The translations under genes and the position numbers were made by a program. A stretch of DNA of 64,000 nucleotides from positions 192,001 to 256,000 of the forward strand of contig CAWFFN010000009.1 in assembly GCA_963815115.1 (NCBI GenBank), written 5' to 3'. This DNA comes from an uncultured delta proteobacterium. GTDB lineage: Bacteria; Desulfobacterota; Binatia; DP-6. Positions 52,522 to 63,100 of this stretch are shown piece after piece (position 1 is the stretch's first letter; every line of letters starts with the position of its first letter). The notes beneath the pieces are model-generated. The model searched no databases, was not told the origin of the DNA, and was given only the letters and a program-made list of their open reading frames with translations.

Positions 52522-54843
52522 TCAGCCGAGCTCGGCGATCGTCACCCCGCTCCCGCCTGCCTGCGGGTCCGCTTCGCGATACTTCACGCAGTAGGGGCTC
52601 GTGGCCAGGAACTCCTGCACCGCCCTGCGCAGCGCACCGGTGCCGACGCCGTGCACGACGCGGATCTCGGAATGGCCGGCGCGCACGGCGCGGTCGAGAA
52701 AGACGCCGAGCGCGGCCAGCGCGTCACGGGCTCGCTGCCCGACGAGGTTGATCTCTCCCGGCAGCGAATCGTCGTCGGGACGCTCGACCTGGACTGCCAC
52801 CCGCTCGCGCGCGGCCGGCGCGTCGACCACGCGCAGCTGCGCCGCGGGGACCTCGAACTTGAGGCCGCCGCGCGCGATGCGCGCCCGCTCGGCGCCCAGC
52901 TCGAGCAGCTCCCCCCGGATGCCCCGGCCCACGACCTCGACCGTGTCTCCGGGCCGCGGCGGCCGTCCGGGGGACGGCGGCGCTGCCGCCGGCTCGTGGC
53001 TGGCAATCCGCTCCGATGCCTCCGCCACGAAGTTGCGCAGCGGTGCCGGCTCCGGCCTGCGGCGCAGCTCGTCGAGGATCGTCCGTCCCTCCGCCTGCAG
53101 CTCGCGCAGGAAGCGCCGCGAAGCCTCGAGGTCCTCGCTCCAGCGCGCTCGCTGGCGCGCACGCAGGTCCGCCTCCAGCGTCTCGGCTGCGGCCCGGACG
53201 GCGGCCAGCCGCCGCGTCTCGGCCTCGCTCGCCTCGCGCGCGGCCTCGAGATCGCGCCGGCTCTCCTCCAGCCGCTCCACGGCGCGTGCCACGTCGCGGC
53301 TCTCGCCTGCGAGCAGGCGCTCCGCGGTCTCGAGGGCGCGTGCCGGTATGCCGTGGCGGCGGGCGATCGGCAGCGCCAGGCTGTGGCCGATGGTGTGGTA
53401 GTCGAGGTGGTAGCGCGGCGCGCCGCTGGCGGGATCGACGTCGAACGCGGCCGCCTCGAGCGCCGGCTCCGCGAGCGCGAAGGTCTTCACCTGCGGGAAG
53501 TGGGTCGTGAAAACCAGCAGCGGCCCGCGCGCGAGGAGGTCGGTGAGCACGCCCACCGCGAGCGCGGCACCCTCGACCGGATCGGTGCCCGCGCCCGGCT
53601 CGTCGAGCAGCACGAGACACTCCGGGCCGGCGGCGGCCGCGATGGCGGCGAGGTTCTCGGCGTGGCCCGTGAAGGTCGAGATGTCGCGCTCTATCGACTG
53701 CTCGTCGCCGATGTCCGCCAGCACCGCCTGGAAGCACGGCAGCCGACTGCCCTCGGCGGCGGGCAGGAACAGCCCCGCCTGCGCCATGAGCGCGCACAGC
53801 CCGACCGTCTTGAGTGCCACGGTCTTGCCGCCGGCGTTCGGCCCCGTGATGGCCAGCCCGCGCTGTCCGGAGCGCAGGTGGAGATCGACCGGTACGACCG
53901 GCCGGTCGCTCAGCAGGAGCAGCGGATGCCGCGCGGCGCGCAGGAGCACCTGGTCGCCGCCGAGGCCAGGTCGCACGCACGCATGCGTCCGGGCGAAGGC
54001 GGCAGCGGCTCCGAGGGCGTCGACGCCCGCCAGCGCCTCCTCCAGGGCGGCCAGCGCCGGCGTGTGCTCGCGGATGTGCGCCGTCAGCTCGGCGCGCACG
54101 CGCCGCTCCTCCGCCTCCTCCGTCTTCGAGGCGAGGAGAAGACGGTTGTTCAGCTCGACGGCGAAGAGCGGCTCGACGAACACGGTCTCGTCCGACTGCG
54201 AGCGATCCTGCACCACGCCTTCGAACGTCCACGCGGCGGCGGTGCGGACGGGCACCACGTAGCGCCCGTTGCGGACCGTGACGTACTGCTCGCCGACGAT
54301 GCCGCTGTTGGCCGGGTCGCGCACCACCTTGACGAGCTGATCCTCGAGACGCATGCGCAGCTCGCGTGTCGCCCGGCGCGCGGCGGCGAGCGCGGGGCTG
54401 GCGTCCTCGCGAACCTGACCGCCCTCGTCGAGCAGCGCGGTGAGCGCCGCCTCGGCCTCGGGTGCCTCGGGCATACCGTCGGCCGTCGCGGCGAGGTGAG
54501 GGAAGCGGTCGGGATCGCGACGCAGGTGCACGCGCACGTGGCGTGCGACCAGGAGGAGATCGCGCACCTCGAGGAGTCGCCGCGTTTCGAGCGCCCCGCC
54601 CGCGGGCGCCGCCTGCGCCAGCGCGGGTCCGAGGCGCGGCACGTCGGCGGTCGGCACCGCGCCGGCCTCCGCGGTGAGCGCGACCAGCTCGGCGAGCGTG
54701 TCGAGGCGCTGCTCCGCCACCCCGCGATCGGGGACCGGTCGGAACGCGCATGCGGCCTCCCGCCCCGCCTCGGAGCGTGCCAGCGCGGCGATGGCCGCCA
54801 GCACGCGCGGCAGCTCGAGGGTCTCGAGATCGCGAGGTCGCAC
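52522..54843 (-). CDS. mutS2: MutS2 family endonuclease (Smr domain)
   Basis: ITGPNAGGKT, DIGDEQSI, LDEPGAGTDP, TTH, C-terminal VHGVGTGALR. Confidence 0.93.
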   Translation of the reverse strand: MRPRDLETLELPRVLAAIAALARSEAGREAACAFRPVPDRGVAEQRLDTLAELVALTAEAGAVPTADVPRLGPALAQAAPAGGALETRRLLEVRDLLLVARHVRVHLRRDPDRFPHLAATADGMPEAPEAEAALTALLDEGGQVREDASPALAAARRATRELRMRLEDQLVKVVRDPANSGIVGEQYVTVRNGRYVVPVRTAAAWTFEGVVQDRSQSDETVFVEPLFAVELNNRLLLASKTEEAEERRVRAELTAHIREHTPALAALEEALAGVDALGAAAAFARTHACVRPGLGGDQVLLRAARHPLLLLSDRPVVPVDLHLRSGQRGLAITGPNAGGKTVALKTVGLCALMAQAGLFLPAAEGSRLPCFQAVLADIGDEQSIERDISTFTGHAENLAAIAAAAGPECLVLLDEPGAGTDPVEGAALAVGVLTDLLARGPLLVFTTHFPQVKTFALAEPALEAAAFDVDPASGAPRYHLDYHTIGHSLALPIARRHGIPARALETAERLLAGESRDVARAVERLEESRRDLEAAREASEAETRRLAAVRAAAETLEADLRARQRARWSEDLEASRRFLRELQAEGRTILDELRRRPEPAPLRNFVAEASERIASHEPAAAPPSPGRPPRPGDTVEVVGRGIRGELLELGAERARIARGGLKFEVPAAQLRVVDAPAARERVAVQVERPDDDSLPGEINLVGQRARDALAALGVFLDRAVRAGHSEIRVVHGVGTGALRRAVQEFLATSPYCVKYREADPQAGGSGVTIAELG

Positions 54844-54980
54844 CGTCGGCGATCCTACCGCCTGCCGCGGGTCGGGGGAACGGCAACCAGGGGGAAGGTG
54901 GCGCCGCCGTGATGGCGTCTCGTAGTGCGGACGAATCGGTTGTCCCGGCCCGTTGCCGGCGCTAGCTTCCCGCCGTGGCC

Positions 54981-55607
54981 ATGCCCGCCCCTCATCTCGA
55001 GTGGAACGACGTGATGCAGGTACCGTCCAGCGTCCGCCTTCCGATCGAGCTGGCCCCCCCGGAGAACTTCGACCCGACGCGACCCGAGACCTGGCCACGC
55101 GTGGAAGGTCGACTCGAGTGGGTGGCCGGGAGGCTGCTCTGGATGCCGCCGTGCGGGGTGAGGCAGTCGAGGCGGGTGTGGGACGTCGTGGCGGCCGTCG
55201 ATCCGTGGTTGCGGAGTCATCCGGAGTTCGTCGGCGGAACGAACGAGGCCGGGCTGCTGCTCGACGGCGACGTGCGCGCTCCCGACCTGGCCGTCTTCTG
55301 CACACGTGACATCGACGAGTCGTCGCCCGGCTACGCCCGGGTGGCGCCGGTGCTGGCCGTCGAGGTGAGCGGCGAGCGAGAGGACGAGACCGCCTTGCGC
55401 GAGAAGGCGCGATGGTACCTGGCGAAAGGGAGCGAGGTCGTCTGGCTGGTACTGGCCGAATCGACCGAGGTACTGGTGCTGACCTCGGCGGGGGAACACC
55501 GATGCGGTCTGGACGACGTACTGCCCGAACGGCTCTCGCTGCCGGGGCTCGCACCGCGGGTGCGCGATTTCTTCCATCGGGTCAGTGACTCTCCGGCCGG
55601 CGGGTGA
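54981..55607 (+). CDS. Uma2 (DUF820) family endonuclease-fold protein
   Basis: RLEWVAG, VRAPDLAV, PVLAVEVS, KARWYL..G..VVWLV. Confidence 0.85.
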   Translation: MPAPHLEWNDVMQVPSSVRLPIELAPPENFDPTRPETWPRVEGRLEWVAGRLLWMPPCGVRQSRRVWDVVAAVDPWLRSHPEFVGGTNEAGLLLDGDVRAPDLAVFCTRDIDESSPGYARVAPVLAVEVSGEREDETALREKARWYLAKGSEVVWLVLAESTEVLVLTSAGEHRCGLDDVLPERLSLPGLAPRVRDFFHRVSDSPAGG

Positions 55608-55656
55608 GCGAGCGGAATTTGACACCCCGCGCGACCGCGTCGTAACCAGGATCGTC

Positions 55657-56463
55657 TTGCACCCGAAGTACGTCGACATCGACGGCACCGCCGTCCACTA
55701 CCTGCACACCGGCCCCACCACCCTGCCCGAGGTCCCTCCCGCCCTCGATCGGGGCGTGCTGCTCGTCCTGCTGCACGCCGCCGGCAGCACGGCCGGCATG
55801 TGGCGGCGTCAGCTCCTCGGGCTCGAGTCGCAGCACAGTGTGGTCGCGCTCGACCTGCCGGGGCACGGGCGCTCGAGCGGCATCGACGGCCCCGCGTCGG
55901 TCGAGGAGAGCGCGGCAGTCGTCCTGCGCGTGCTCGACGCGCTCCGGCTTCGTCCCTGCGTGCTGGTCGGCCGCAGCATGGGCAGCGCCATCGCTCTCGT
56001 CCTGGCGTCGCGCGCGCCCGAGCGGGTCCGCGGTCTCGTGCTCGCCTGCAGCGCCGCGCGCTTCACGCTGACCGACGAGATGCTGAGCTCCGCGCGCGAC
56101 GTCGCCCGCGGCCGCCTGCCGCAGCAGTTCACCACCGACACCTTCTCGCCGGCCACCGGGATCGAGCTGATGCGCGAGGCATGGATGGAGCAGGTGAAGA
56201 CCGACCCGCGCGTGCGGCTCACCGATCTCCTCGCCTGCCGGGCCTTCGACGGCCGGCCGCTGCTGCCGACGATCCGGGTACCCACGCTGGTCGTCGCCGG
56301 TGCCGACGACGGCATCACGCCGGTGGCGCAGGCCGAGGAGCTGGCGGGGGGCATCGCCGGAGCGCGCCTCGAGGTCATCGCGCAGGCAGGTCACCAGGCG
56401 CCGCTCGAGCAGAGCGAGCGCTTCAACGAGCTGGTGGCAGGGTTCGCGGGGCGTCTCGCATGA
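55657..56463 (+). CDS. Alpha/beta hydrolase
   Basis: LHAAG, DLPGHGRS, GRSMG, GADD, AGH; TTG start approximate. Confidence 0.85.
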   Translation: MHPKYVDIDGTAVHYLHTGPTTLPEVPPALDRGVLLVLLHAAGSTAGMWRRQLLGLESQHSVVALDLPGHGRSSGIDGPASVEESAAVVLRVLDALRLRPCVLVGRSMGSAIALVLASRAPERVRGLVLACSAARFTLTDEMLSSARDVARGRLPQQFTTDTFSPATGIELMREAWMEQVKTDPRVRLTDLLACRAFDGRPLLPTIRVPTLVVAGADDGITPVAQAEELAGGIAGARLEVIAQAGHQAPLEQSERFNELVAGFAGRLA

Positions 56464-57611
56464 GCATGTGGGGGCGGGTAGCGGTGGCGGGGGTGTACGA
56501 GCATCCCACGCGCTTCGCGCCCGACAAGACGTCCTACCAGCTGCACGCGGAGAGCGCGCGCGGCGCGCTCTCCGACGCGGGGCTGACCATCCGCGACGTG
56601 GATGGGTTCTGCACGAGCGGGGTGGGTCCGATCGGGATTCTCTCGCTGGCCCAGCACCTCGATCTGCGGCCCCGATGGCTCGATTCGCAGGCCATCGGCG
56701 GGTCGTCGTTCGTATCCCATTGCCTGCACGCCGCCGCGGCCATCGCGGGGGGACTGTGCGAGGTGGCGCTCGTCACCTACGGCTCGACCGCGGCGTCGGA
56801 GCGCTTCGCGATCGGCACCGGGGGCGGCTTCGCGATGGATCCGCCCGACTACTTCGAAGCGCCGTTCGGTCCCACCATCGTCGGCTCCTATGCGCTGGTC
56901 GCGCAGCGTCACATGCACGAGTACGGCACCACGAGCGAGCAGCTGGCCGAGATCGCGGTCACGATGCGCCGGCACGCGGCCGGAAACCCGGACGCCAAGT
57001 ATCGCGATCCGATCACGGTCGAGGACGTCCTCGCCTCCCGCATCATCTCGTCCCCGCTCCACCTGCTCGACTGCTGCATCATCTCGGACGGTGCCGGCGC
57101 GCTGGTGCTCACGTCGGTCGAGCGGGCGCGGGACCTGGCGCAGCCGCCCGTCGTCATTCTCGGCGGCGCCGAGGCCGTGCAGCACCACGGCATCGGGCGC
57201 CGGGACCTGCTCGACATCGCCGCCCGGCAGTCGGGAGCCCTGGCCCTCGAGCGCGCCGGCATCCGGCATGCCGACGTGGATTGCGCCATGATCTACGACT
57301 CGTACACCATCACGGTGCTCGCCACGCTCGAGGCGCTCGGGTTCTGCGGGCCGGGCGAAGGCGGGGCCTTCTGCGCCGACGGGCGCATCGGGCTCGGCGG
57401 CGCGCTGCCGATCAACACCGACGGCGGCGGTCTGTCGTCGAACCACCCGGGCATGCGCGGCATCTTCCTCGTCATCGAGGCCGCCAAGCAGCTCCGCCGC
57501 TCGCGCGGCGCAGCGCAGGTGCCCGATGCCGAGCTCGCGCTGGTGCACGGCACGGGCGGCATGCTCGGCCAGCGTCACAGCGGGGTGACGATGGTCCTGG
57601 GGCGGGCATGA
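56460..57611 (+). CDS. Thiolase-fold protein (SCP-x / lipid-transfer type)
   Basis: LLDCCIISDGAGA, IYDSYT, NTDGGGLSSNHPG, HGTGG. Confidence 0.88.
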   Translation: MSMWGRVAVAGVYEHPTRFAPDKTSYQLHAESARGALSDAGLTIRDVDGFCTSGVGPIGILSLAQHLDLRPRWLDSQAIGGSSFVSHCLHAAAAIAGGLCEVALVTYGSTAASERFAIGTGGGFAMDPPDYFEAPFGPTIVGSYALVAQRHMHEYGTTSEQLAEIAVTMRRHAAGNPDAKYRDPITVEDVLASRIISSPLHLLDCCIISDGAGALVLTSVERARDLAQPPVVILGGAEAVQHHGIGRRDLLDIAARQSGALALERAGIRHADVDCAMIYDSYTITVLATLEALGFCGPGEGGAFCADGRIGLGGALPINTDGGGLSSNHPGMRGIFLVIEAAKQLRRSRGAAQVPDAELALVHGTGGMLGQRHSGVTMVLGRA

Positions 57612-58024
57612 GCGAGCGCGCGTATCGCAAGCCCGTTCCGCGCGTCGACGAGGAGTCGCGCGGCTGGTGGGAGGCGCTCCAGCGTCACGAGCTCTACGTG
57701 CAGCGCTGCCGTGCATGCGGTACGACACGCCTCCCGCCCCGCGCCGTCTGCCCCGCCTGCCTGTCCCCCGACGTCGAGTGGGTACGGGCGAGCGGGCGAG
57801 GCACGATCTACAGCTTCACCGTGACCCACCAGAACCAGGTGCCGGGCTTCCGCGAGGAGCTGCCCTACGTGCTCGCGATCGTCGAGCTCGCCGAAGGCCC
57901 GCGCATCATGACGAACGTCGTCGGCTGCGGGCCGGATGCCGTGCGCATCGGCATGCCCGTCGAGGTGGTGTTCGACGACGTCACGCCCGAGGTCACGCTG
58001 GCGAAGTTCCGGCCGGTGGCATGA
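57608..58024 (+). CDS. Zn-ribbon OB-fold (DUF35) protein
   Basis: QRCRACG..PPRAVCPAC, GTIYSFT, VELAEGPR, IGMPVEVVF. Confidence 0.92.
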   Translation: MSERAYRKPVPRVDEESRGWWEALQRHELYVQRCRACGTTRLPPRAVCPACLSPDVEWVRASGRGTIYSFTVTHQNQVPGFREELPYVLAIVELAEGPRIMTNVVGCGPDAVRIGMPVEVVFDDVTPEVTLAKFRPVA

Positions 58025-58677
58025 TTCTCGATCTGCACCTGCACTCGGAGCGCTCGGACGACAGCCGGGCGCCGGTCGAGGCGTACCTGAAGCTGCTGCA
58101 GCGCAAGCGGACCGAGCGACCGCTCGACGGCATCGTCCTCACCGAGCACCGCCAGTTCGACCTGGAGCGCGACTTCCGCGAGCTCGAGGATCGCTACGGC
58201 CTGCTCATCCTGAACGCCGCCGAGGTCGAGACCGACTACGGCCACGTGCTGGTCTACGGCGTGAACCCCGACATCCTCGCCCGCTTCGACTTCTCCGACG
58301 TCCGCCTGCCGGCGCAGGAGGTCATCAACGAGGTCCATCGGCTCGGAGGGGTCGCGCTGCCCTGCCATCCGGGACGTCCGAACGTGGGCCTGTGCGCGCA
58401 CTACGACGCCAAGGGCCCGCTGGAAGGGGTCGTCGCCGTCGAGGCGTTGAACGGCGGCAGCAAGAAGGGCGAGGACGCCCGCGTCCACGAGCTCATGCAG
58501 CGATATGGATACGCCGGCTTCGGCGGCAGCGACTCCCACCTGGTCAGCTTCATCGGCATCGTCGCGACCGAGTTCGAGGCCGACATCCGGAGCATGGACG
58601 ATCTGGTGCGCGAGCTGCGGGCGGCGCGCTGCCGCCCCGTCGATTTCCGCCCGCGCGCGCCGGCGCCTCCCGCTTGA
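58021..58677 (+). CDS. PHP domain metal-dependent phosphoesterase
   Basis: DLHLHS, LTEH, GHVL, CHP, GGSDSH. Confidence 0.85.
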   Translation: MILDLHLHSERSDDSRAPVEAYLKLLQRKRTERPLDGIVLTEHRQFDLERDFRELEDRYGLLILNAAEVETDYGHVLVYGVNPDILARFDFSDVRLPAQEVINEVHRLGGVALPCHPGRPNVGLCAHYDAKGPLEGVVAVEALNGGSKKGEDARVHELMQRYGYAGFGGSDSHLVSFIGIVATEFEADIRSMDDLVRELRAARCRPVDFRPRAPAPPA

Positions 58678-58742
58678 CCGGCAACTCCGGAGCGGGGTAG
58701 TTGCCTCCGGTCCGTCTCGCAGCACACGAGAAGCAGGAGGTC

Positions 58743-59936
58743 ATGATGAGGACGCGCACGGCGGTCGCGCTGGGACTCTTCCTGGCGGCGGGAACGGCGG
58801 GAGCAGTCCAGCCGACGCCCTTCACCGGATACCTTCACAAGTCGCCCACCCCGGCCCCGGTGCCGGGCGGCACGTCGGTGTTCGTGCTGACGGATACGGC
58901 GCCCGTCGGGGCGCCGCCGATCACCGAGCAGGTTTCGGTCATCAAGCAGCAGTCCGCTGCCTTCCCGGCGTTCATCGCACCGCCCTTCACCAAGGACACC
59001 CTCCTGCCCATCAAGATCGGGGCGACCGTGAGCCTGTCGGCCAACCTCGGGATGGGCGGATGCGCGCAGATGGATGCCAACGTCCTGCAGATCGACCCGC
59101 TCGGCAACGAGACCGTCGCCGCCAACGTGGGGCTGATCGCGGCCACCGTGCCCCAGGGCTCGGTGAACGGCACGGTGGGATTCGCGACCTACCGGCTCAC
59201 CGCGCCGGGCATCAGCTGCACCCTGCTCGACGGCATTCCCGTGCTGGAGGGCGGTTCGATCGGGCTGCGGCTGATCATGACGAACTCCTGCGACGCGAAC
59301 CGCACCGTGTCGCTGGCCTACGACGCGGCAGCGGCGGCGTCCGAGGTCGATTTCGTCGTGCCCACGGACGCGGAGGATATGGCGCTGCGGCTGGCCTGCC
59401 AGCAGAAGTGCGGGACGGCCAAGCTGAAGGCGGCGGGCGCCAAGGCGAATGCCCGCACGAAGTGCTTCGAGAAGGCGGTCGCGAAGTCGCTGCCGGCCGA
59501 TCAGCGATGTCTCGACAGGGCGGACGACAGGCTGCTGGTGACATTCCTGAGCATCGAGACGCAGGGCGGCTGCGTGTTCACCGGCGACGCGCCCGCCGTC
59601 GAGGGGGCGATCGACTCCGCCATCGGCGCGTTCGTCGGCGCGCTGTCGCCGGCGACGCAGGACAAGGCTGCCGTCAAGTGCGCGAGCACGAAGATCAAGG
59701 CCGCCGGTACCAAGGCGGAGGACAGGATCAAGTGTCACGCAACGTCGTTCGGCAAGGGACAGGCGATCGATCCGACCTGCCTCAACAGGGCGGACATCAA
59801 GTTCCTGAAGGCCTTCCAGAAGGCCGACGCCAAGGGCGGATGCTCCGTCACCGGTGACGTCGCCGCCATCGAGGCCATCGTCGACGGTCTCGTCGACGAC
59901 GTCGTTGCTCGGCTCGTGCCCTCGAATCCTACATAG
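58743..59936 (+). CDS. Secreted protein with two ~90-aa Cys-rich helical repeats
   Basis: AGGAGG RBS, signal peptide; repeats C..K.KAAG.KA..KC..D..CL.RAD..F..GGC..TGD...E..D. Confidence 0.8.
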   Translation: MMRTRTAVALGLFLAAGTAGAVQPTPFTGYLHKSPTPAPVPGGTSVFVLTDTAPVGAPPITEQVSVIKQQSAAFPAFIAPPFTKDTLLPIKIGATVSLSANLGMGGCAQMDANVLQIDPLGNETVAANVGLIAATVPQGSVNGTVGFATYRLTAPGISCTLLDGIPVLEGGSIGLRLIMTNSCDANRTVSLAYDAAAAASEVDFVVPTDAEDMALRLACQQKCGTAKLKAAGAKANARTKCFEKAVAKSLPADQRCLDRADDRLLVTFLSIETQGGCVFTGDAPAVEGAIDSAIGAFVGALSPATQDKAAVKCASTKIKAAGTKAEDRIKCHATSFGKGQAIDPTCLNRADIKFLKAFQKADAKGGCSVTGDVAAIEAIVDGLVDDVVARLVPSNPT

Positions 59937-60055
59937 GAGATGGATCGACCCGAGACTTCGTCTCGGGTCGAGCGGAGGCGAGCGTGTGGCGTCCGGTGGG
60001 TCGGGCAGGCGCCGTGCCGCGGCCGGCGGAGCCGGCGCGGCAAAACGTGCCATAC
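59934..60055 (+). repeat. Multi-hairpin dispersed repeat, copy 4
   Basis: TAGGAGA..TCGACCCGAGAC-TTC-GTCTCGGGTCGA-GCGGAGGCGAGCGTGTGGCGT..GCGCCG-TGCCGCGGCCGGC-GGA-GCCGGCGCGGCAAAACGTG. Confidence 0.9.
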
Positions 60056-60113
60056 CTGGGATTGCCGGCGGGTCTACCCGGAAGGAACCGGGGCTGATAG
60101 TGCCGCACGCATC

Positions 60114-63100
60114 GTGCTTCCGAAGCGTCTGCTGATCGCCAACCGGGGCGAGATCGCGATCCGGATCGCCCGTGCCGCAGGCGAGCTCGGCATCGCGACC
60201 GTCACCGTCTTCTCGGCGGACGACGCGGCGGCGCTGCACGTGCGCCGGGGAGATCGTTCACGCGCTCTCGACGGCGTGGGTCCAGCCGCCTACCTCGACG
60301 GCGCCGGCATCGTCGCCGCTGCCGCGGACGAGGGATGCGACGCCATCCATCCGGGCTACGGCTTCCTGAGCGAGAACGCCGCCTTCGCGCGCCGGTGCCG
60401 CGAGGCAGGCATGATCTTCGTCGGGCCGCGGAGCGACCTGCTGGACCTCTTCGGCGACAAGGCGCAGGCCCGCGCGCTCGCGGCGCGTTGCGCGGTGCCC
60501 GTGCTCGCCGGAACCTCGGGGCCGACGACGGTCGACGAGGCACGGGCGTTCGTCGCGGCGCTCGGCGAGGGCGATGCGGCGCTGATCAAGGCGGTCGCAG
60601 GCGGCGGCGGCCGAGGCATGCGAGTCGTCGCCCGCACGCAGGATGTCGCCGAGGCATGGGAGCGCTGCCGTTCCGAGGCGCTGCAGGCGTTCGGCACGGG
60701 CGACCTCTACGTCGAGCGGCTGATGCCGCACGCGCGCCATGTCGAGGTCCAGGTGCTGGGCGACGGCAACGGCGCCGTGAGCCATCTCTGGGAGCGCGAG
60801 TGCACGCTCCAGCGGCGCCATCAGAAGCTGGTCGAGGTCGCGCCCGCCCCCGGCCTGGCGTCCGGCCTGCGGGCGCGGCTGCTCGAGGCCGCCCTGCGAG
60901 TCGCGCGGGAGGTGCGCTTCGACAACCTCGGCACCTTCGAGTTCCTCGTCGACGCGGCGACCGCTGGCGACGGGGCCGCCTTCGCCTTCATCGAGGCCAA
61001 TCCCCGCCTGCAGGTCGAGCACACCGTCACCGAGGAGGTCACCGGCGCCGATCTGGTGAAGCTCCAGCTCCGCCTCGCGGCGGGATGCTCGCTGGCCGAC
61101 CTCGGCCTCGAGGCCGAGCCGTCCGGGCCACGCGGGTTTGCGGTCCAGGCGCGCGTCAACACGGAGACGATCGCCCCGGACGGCAGCGTGCGGCCCGCGG
61201 GCGGGACCCTCGGGGTGTTCGAGCTTCCCTCCGGACCGGGCATCCGGGTCGATACCGCCGGCCACGTCGGATACCGGACCAACCCGCGCTTCGACTCGCT
61301 GCTCGCCAAGGTGGTGGGCCACACGACGGCGGCAAGCTTCGCAGAGGCGGTGGGGCGCACGGCGCGCGCGCTGGACGAGTTTCGCATCGAGGGCGTCGCC
61401 ACGAACGTCGGCTTCCTGCGCCGCCTGCTGGCACACCCCGAGGTGCTCGCGAACCGCATCGATACCGGGTTCGTGACCGAGCACGTCGCCGAGCTCGCGG
61501 CTCCCGGCGGCGGCCCCGGCGGTAGCACGTCATCGGCCGCGTTTGCCGGCGCGAAGGTCGACTCGATCGATCCCCTCGCCGTGCTCGTCCACGGCAAGTC
61601 GGTCGCGGCACGGTCCACGGCCGCCCTGGGCCCAGAGTCCGGCGGCGGCGCCGAGATCGTCGCGCCCATGCAGGGCACCATCGTGAGCATCGACGTGCGC
61701 GAAGGCGATCCGGTGTACGCGGATACGCAGCTCCTGGTGATGGAAGCGATGAAGATGGAGCACGTCGTGCGGGCACGGGCGGGCGGCATCGTGCGACACG
61801 TGCTGGTGCACGTCGGCGACGCGGTGCTCGAGGGCAGCCCCCTGCTGCTCGTGGAGGAGAGTAGCGACGAGCTCGCGGGCACGGCGGCGCCCGAGGAGAT
61901 CGACCTGGACGAGGTGCGCGCCGACCTGGCCGACGCGCAGCGGCGCCAGCAGCTCACCCAGGACGCGGCGCGTCCCGACGCCGTCGCGCGGCGGCGAGCG
62001 ACCGGGCAGCGGACCGCTCGCGAGAACGTGGCCGACCTCTGCGACCCGGGCTCGTTCATCGAGTACGGCTCGCTCGCCATCGCCGCGCAGCGCCGACGCC
62101 GACCCGTCGACGAGCTGATCGCACGCACGCCCGCGGACGGGCTCGTCGCCGGCATCGGCCGCGTGAACGGCGACCTCGTGGGAGAGGAGCGCGGGCGCTG
62201 CGTCGTCATGTCGTACGACTACACGGTGCTCGCCGGCACGCAGGGGCTGCAGAACCACCGCAAGAAGGACCGCATGTTCGAGCTGGCCGAGGCGTGGCGC
62301 CTCCCGGTGGTGCTGTTCGCGGAGGGCGGTGGCGGCCGTCCGGGCGACACCGACGCCTCGGCGGTCGCGTCGCTCGACACCATGGCCTTCCACTACTTCG
62401 GCCGCCTGAGCGGCCTGGTGCCGCTCGTCGGCGTCGTGTCGGGGCGCTGCTTCGCCGGCAACGCCGCCCTGCTCGGCTGCTGCGACGTGGTGATCGCGAC
62501 CGGAGACGCGAACATCGGCATGGGCGGCCCGGCGATGATCGAGGGCGGAGGCCTCGGGGTCTTCCGGCCGGAGGAGGTCGGACCCGTGCAGGTCCAGGCT
62601 CCGAACGGCGTGATCGACGTCCTGGTGGCGGATGAGGAGGAGGCGGTGCGCGTCGCGAAGCGATATCTCTCGTTCTTCCAGGGGCCGGTCGGCGGCTGGG
62701 AGTGTGCCGACCAGCGGCTGCTCCGCCGGCTGGTTCCGGAGAACCGCCTGCGTGCCTACGACGTCCGCGCCGTGATCGACACGCTGGCGGACACCGGGTC
62801 GGTACTCGAGCTGCGCCGCCGCTTCGGGCGCGGCATGGTGACGGCGCTCGTTCGCATCGAGGGCCGCCCCATGGGCGTCGTCGCCAACGACCCCACCCAC
62901 CTCGGAGGCGCCATCGACAGCGATGGCTCCGACAAGGCGGCGCGCTTCATGCAGCTCTGCGACGCCTTCGATCTGCCCGTCGTCATGCTGTGCGACACGC
63001 CGGGGATGATGGTCGGTCCGGAGGTCGAGAAGACCGCCCTCGTCCGTCACTGCTGTCGGCTCTTCGTGACCGGCGCCAGCCTGAGCGTCCCCATCGTCAC

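Noticed and set aside
54981-55607. Uma2 nuclease next to MutS2 as a defence system
   Set aside because: Divergent orientation; Uma2 genes are commonly scattered singly and no other defence genes are adjacent
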